A stretch of 64,000 nucleotides of DNA, taken from Chloroflexia bacterium (GTDB taxonomy: Bacteria > Chloroflexota > Chloroflexia > Thermomicrobiales > CADCWN01). This document shows positions 62,342 through 64,000 of the stretch, in pieces. Where the stretch lies: the NCBI GenBank assembly GCA_046328475.1, contig JAXLWN010000019.1, forward strand, positions 12,323 through 76,322. Direction: 5' to 3'. Each line of letters begins with the position of its first letter. Within the stretch, counting starts at the first letter, position 1. The translations under genes and the position numbers were made by a program. The notes beneath the pieces were generated by a model. That model did no database searches. It was given only the letters and a program-made list of their open reading frames with translations, and was not told where the DNA came from.

Positions 62342-63361
62342 ATGCGCTACAAACTCCTCGGCCCGAGCGGCCTGCGCGTCGCCGAAGTCGCCCTCGGCAC
62401 GATGACGTTCGGCGACACCATCCCCTGGGGTGCCCCGCGCGACGAATGCCGCCGCATCTTCGACGCCTACGTGGAGGCGGGCGGCAACTTCATCGACACC
62501 GCCATCAACTACACCGGCGGGATGAGCGAGCAACTGGTCGGTGAATTCATCGCCGGGCAGCGCGATTGCTTCGTCGTCGCCACCAAATACACGATGCACC
62601 CGCCGACCGGCGACCCGAACGTCGCCGGGAACCACCGCAAGAACCTCGTCCGCGCGCTCGAAAGCAGCCTGCGCCGTCTCGGCACCGACTACATCGACCT
62701 CTACTGGGTCCACGCCTGGGACGGCATCACCCCGGTGGAGGAGATGATGCGCGCCCTCGACGACCAGGTGCGCGCGGGCAAGATCCTCTACCTCGGCATT
62801 TCCAACGCCCCCGCCTGGGTCGTCGCGCAAGCCAATACACTCGCCGCGCTGCGCGGCTGGACGCCGTTCACCGGCCTGCAAATCTCCTACAGCCTGATCG
62901 AGCGCAGCGCCGAGCGCGATCTGCTGCCGATGGCCCGCGCCTTCGGCCTCGGCGTCACCGCCTGGGCACCGCTCGGCAGCGGACTGCTCACCGGCAAGTA
63001 CAACCGCGTCGACCCGGCCGAAGCGCGCCGCCTCGACACCTCCACCGCCGTCACCGTGGACGACCAGAAGCTCGCCGTCGCCGCAGCGGTCTGGGAGGTG
63101 GCGCAGGAACTCGACCGCTCCCCGGCGCAGGTCGCGCTGGCCTGGGTGCGGCAGCGCGGCGCGATCCCGCTGCTGGGGGCGCGCACCCTGGCGCAGTTCG
63201 CGGAGAACCTCGCCTGCCTCGGCCTCACCCTGGACGCCGACCAACTCGCGCGCCTCGAAGCGGCCAGCGCGATCGACCTCGGCTACCCGCACGATTTCCT
63301 GGCGCGCGACAATATCCGCACCTCGGTCACCGCCGGGATGCAGCAGTTGCTCGATATCTGA
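62342..63361 (+). CDS. aldo/keto reductase
   Basis: MRYKLLGPSGLRVAEVALGTMTFG...GGNFIDTAINY...DLYWVHAWD...LGISNAPAW. Confidence 0.9.
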   Translation: MRYKLLGPSGLRVAEVALGTMTFGDTIPWGAPRDECRRIFDAYVEAGGNFIDTAINYTGGMSEQLVGEFIAGQRDCFVVATKYTMHPPTGDPNVAGNHRKNLVRALESSLRRLGTDYIDLYWVHAWDGITPVEEMMRALDDQVRAGKILYLGISNAPAWVVAQANTLAALRGWTPFTGLQISYSLIERSAERDLLPMARAFGLGVTAWAPLGSGLLTGKYNRVDPAEARRLDTSTAVTVDDQKLAVAAAVWEVAQELDRSPAQVALAWVRQRGAIPLLGARTLAQFAENLACLGLTLDADQLARLEAASAIDLGYPHDFLARDNIRTSVTAGMQQLLDI

Positions 63362-63399
63362 GAAAAACATCATGGAGGGGTGCGCGACGCGCGGCGGGC

Positions 63400-64000
63400 T
63401 CAGGCCGCCGCGCGTGCCGCGCGCTCCTGCGGCGTCGGGCGCAGCACCAGCGAGAGCACGATGCCGCCGAGCAGCGTCGAGGCGACCAGGATGACGAGCG
63501 GCCACTGGTAGCCGCCGCGCACGATCAGTTGGCCGCTGATCACGCTGCTGAAGGCCCAGGCGAGGTTCCAGGCGGCGGTGCGCAGCCCGAAGGCCCCGGC
63601 GCGGGCGCGCGGGTGGACCCGGTCGTTGAGGATCGACGCCTCGATCGGCCAGGTCATGCCCGCGCCGATGTTGCGCGTGGCGTAGGTGACCACCACCAGC
63701 GGGATCGAGGGGAAGAAGATCAGGGCGATCGCGGGCACGATCGGGGCCATGCGCATCAGCACCGACAGCCGTTCGCGCCCGATGAAGCGGGCCAGCGTCG
63801 GGGCCAGCAGGCCCAGCACCGCGCCTGTCGCGCCGACCGCCGACAGGAACCCGCCGATCGCGCCGGGCGGCGAACCAAGTTTCGCCAGGTAGACATTGAC
63901 GAACGGCAGGAACGCGCCCGCGCCGAGGCTGATCAGCGCCGTGGCGGCGGCATATTGCCGCACCAGGCGGCGCACGCGCGAGCGCAGTTCGTCGTCCTGG
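63400..64000 (-). CDS. MFS transporter (partial; N-terminus beyond window end)
   Basis: Six TM helices are visible with no start in the window. The reading frame stays open to the window edge. Confidence 0.6.
   Translation of the reverse strand, partial: QDDELRSRVRRLVRQYAAATALISLGAGAFLPFVNVYLAKLGSPPGAIGGFLSAVGATGAVLGLLAPTLARFIGRERLSVLMRMAPIVPAIALIFFPSIPLVVVTYATRNIGAGMTWPIEASILNDRVHPRARAGAFGLRTAAWNLAWAFSSVISGQLIVRGGYQWPLVILVASTLLGGIVLSLVLRPTPQERAARAAA

Noticed and set aside
1-64000. Looked for rRNA genes, tRNA genes, tmRNA and RNase P-like conserved cores.
   Set aside because: I recognised no tRNA-like cloverleaf segment (a GTTCRANYC T-loop with a matching acceptor stem) and no rRNA signature in the intergenic regions. 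This is a scan by eye, so small RNAs could have been missed.

Overview
High-GC bacterial chromosome segment. The gene content and the intergenic repeats are reminiscent of filamentous Chloroflexota, but that is a low-confidence inference. The backbone carries cell-envelope and morphogenesis genes: a SEDS polymerase, an NlpC/P60 hydrolase, minCDE, PBP2, mreD and a Ser/Thr kinase with a beta-lactamase-like ectodomain. It also carries many small redox and stress enzymes and several regulators.

The standout locus is an apparently intact lasso-peptide gene cluster at about 27.1-34.7 kb. It encodes PqqD-like B1, a B2 protease, an Asn-synthetase-like cyclase, three tandem precursor genes, an HPr-kinase-like kinase, an NTP_transf_5-like nucleotidyltransferase and an ABC exporter. 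A NarL-type two-component system lies upstream and a sigma-70 factor downstream. All three precursors carry the canonical lasso leader spacing (W-17, P-14, L-12, G-8, T-2) and a Gly-rich core with a conserved Asp8. The third precursor continues in frame into a peptidase-S74-like intramolecular-chaperone/self-cleaving domain with an S-x4-K dyad. I do not know of a described RiPP precursor with this architecture.

Other notable features:
- A yybP-ykoY-type Mn riboswitch lies upstream of a TerC gene.
- An IS630-type element with a TA duplication is inserted in the loop of a REP-like hairpin.
- At least three families of intergenic repeats are present, including unusual inverted arrays of 7-8 nt tandem repeats.
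- An AT-richer island carries a decayed GmrSD-like gene.
- Many accessory genes are interrupted by single-nt frameshifts whose distribution is strikingly patchy: GH3, a GH63-like hydrolase, a CE7 esterase, an acyl-CoA ligase, a COG4941-type sigma factor, two transglutaminases, an APH-like gene and the transposase.

No rRNA gene, tRNA gene or CRISPR array was seen. Start codons are inferred from RBS-like motifs. All family assignments come from motif recognition by eye, not from database searches.
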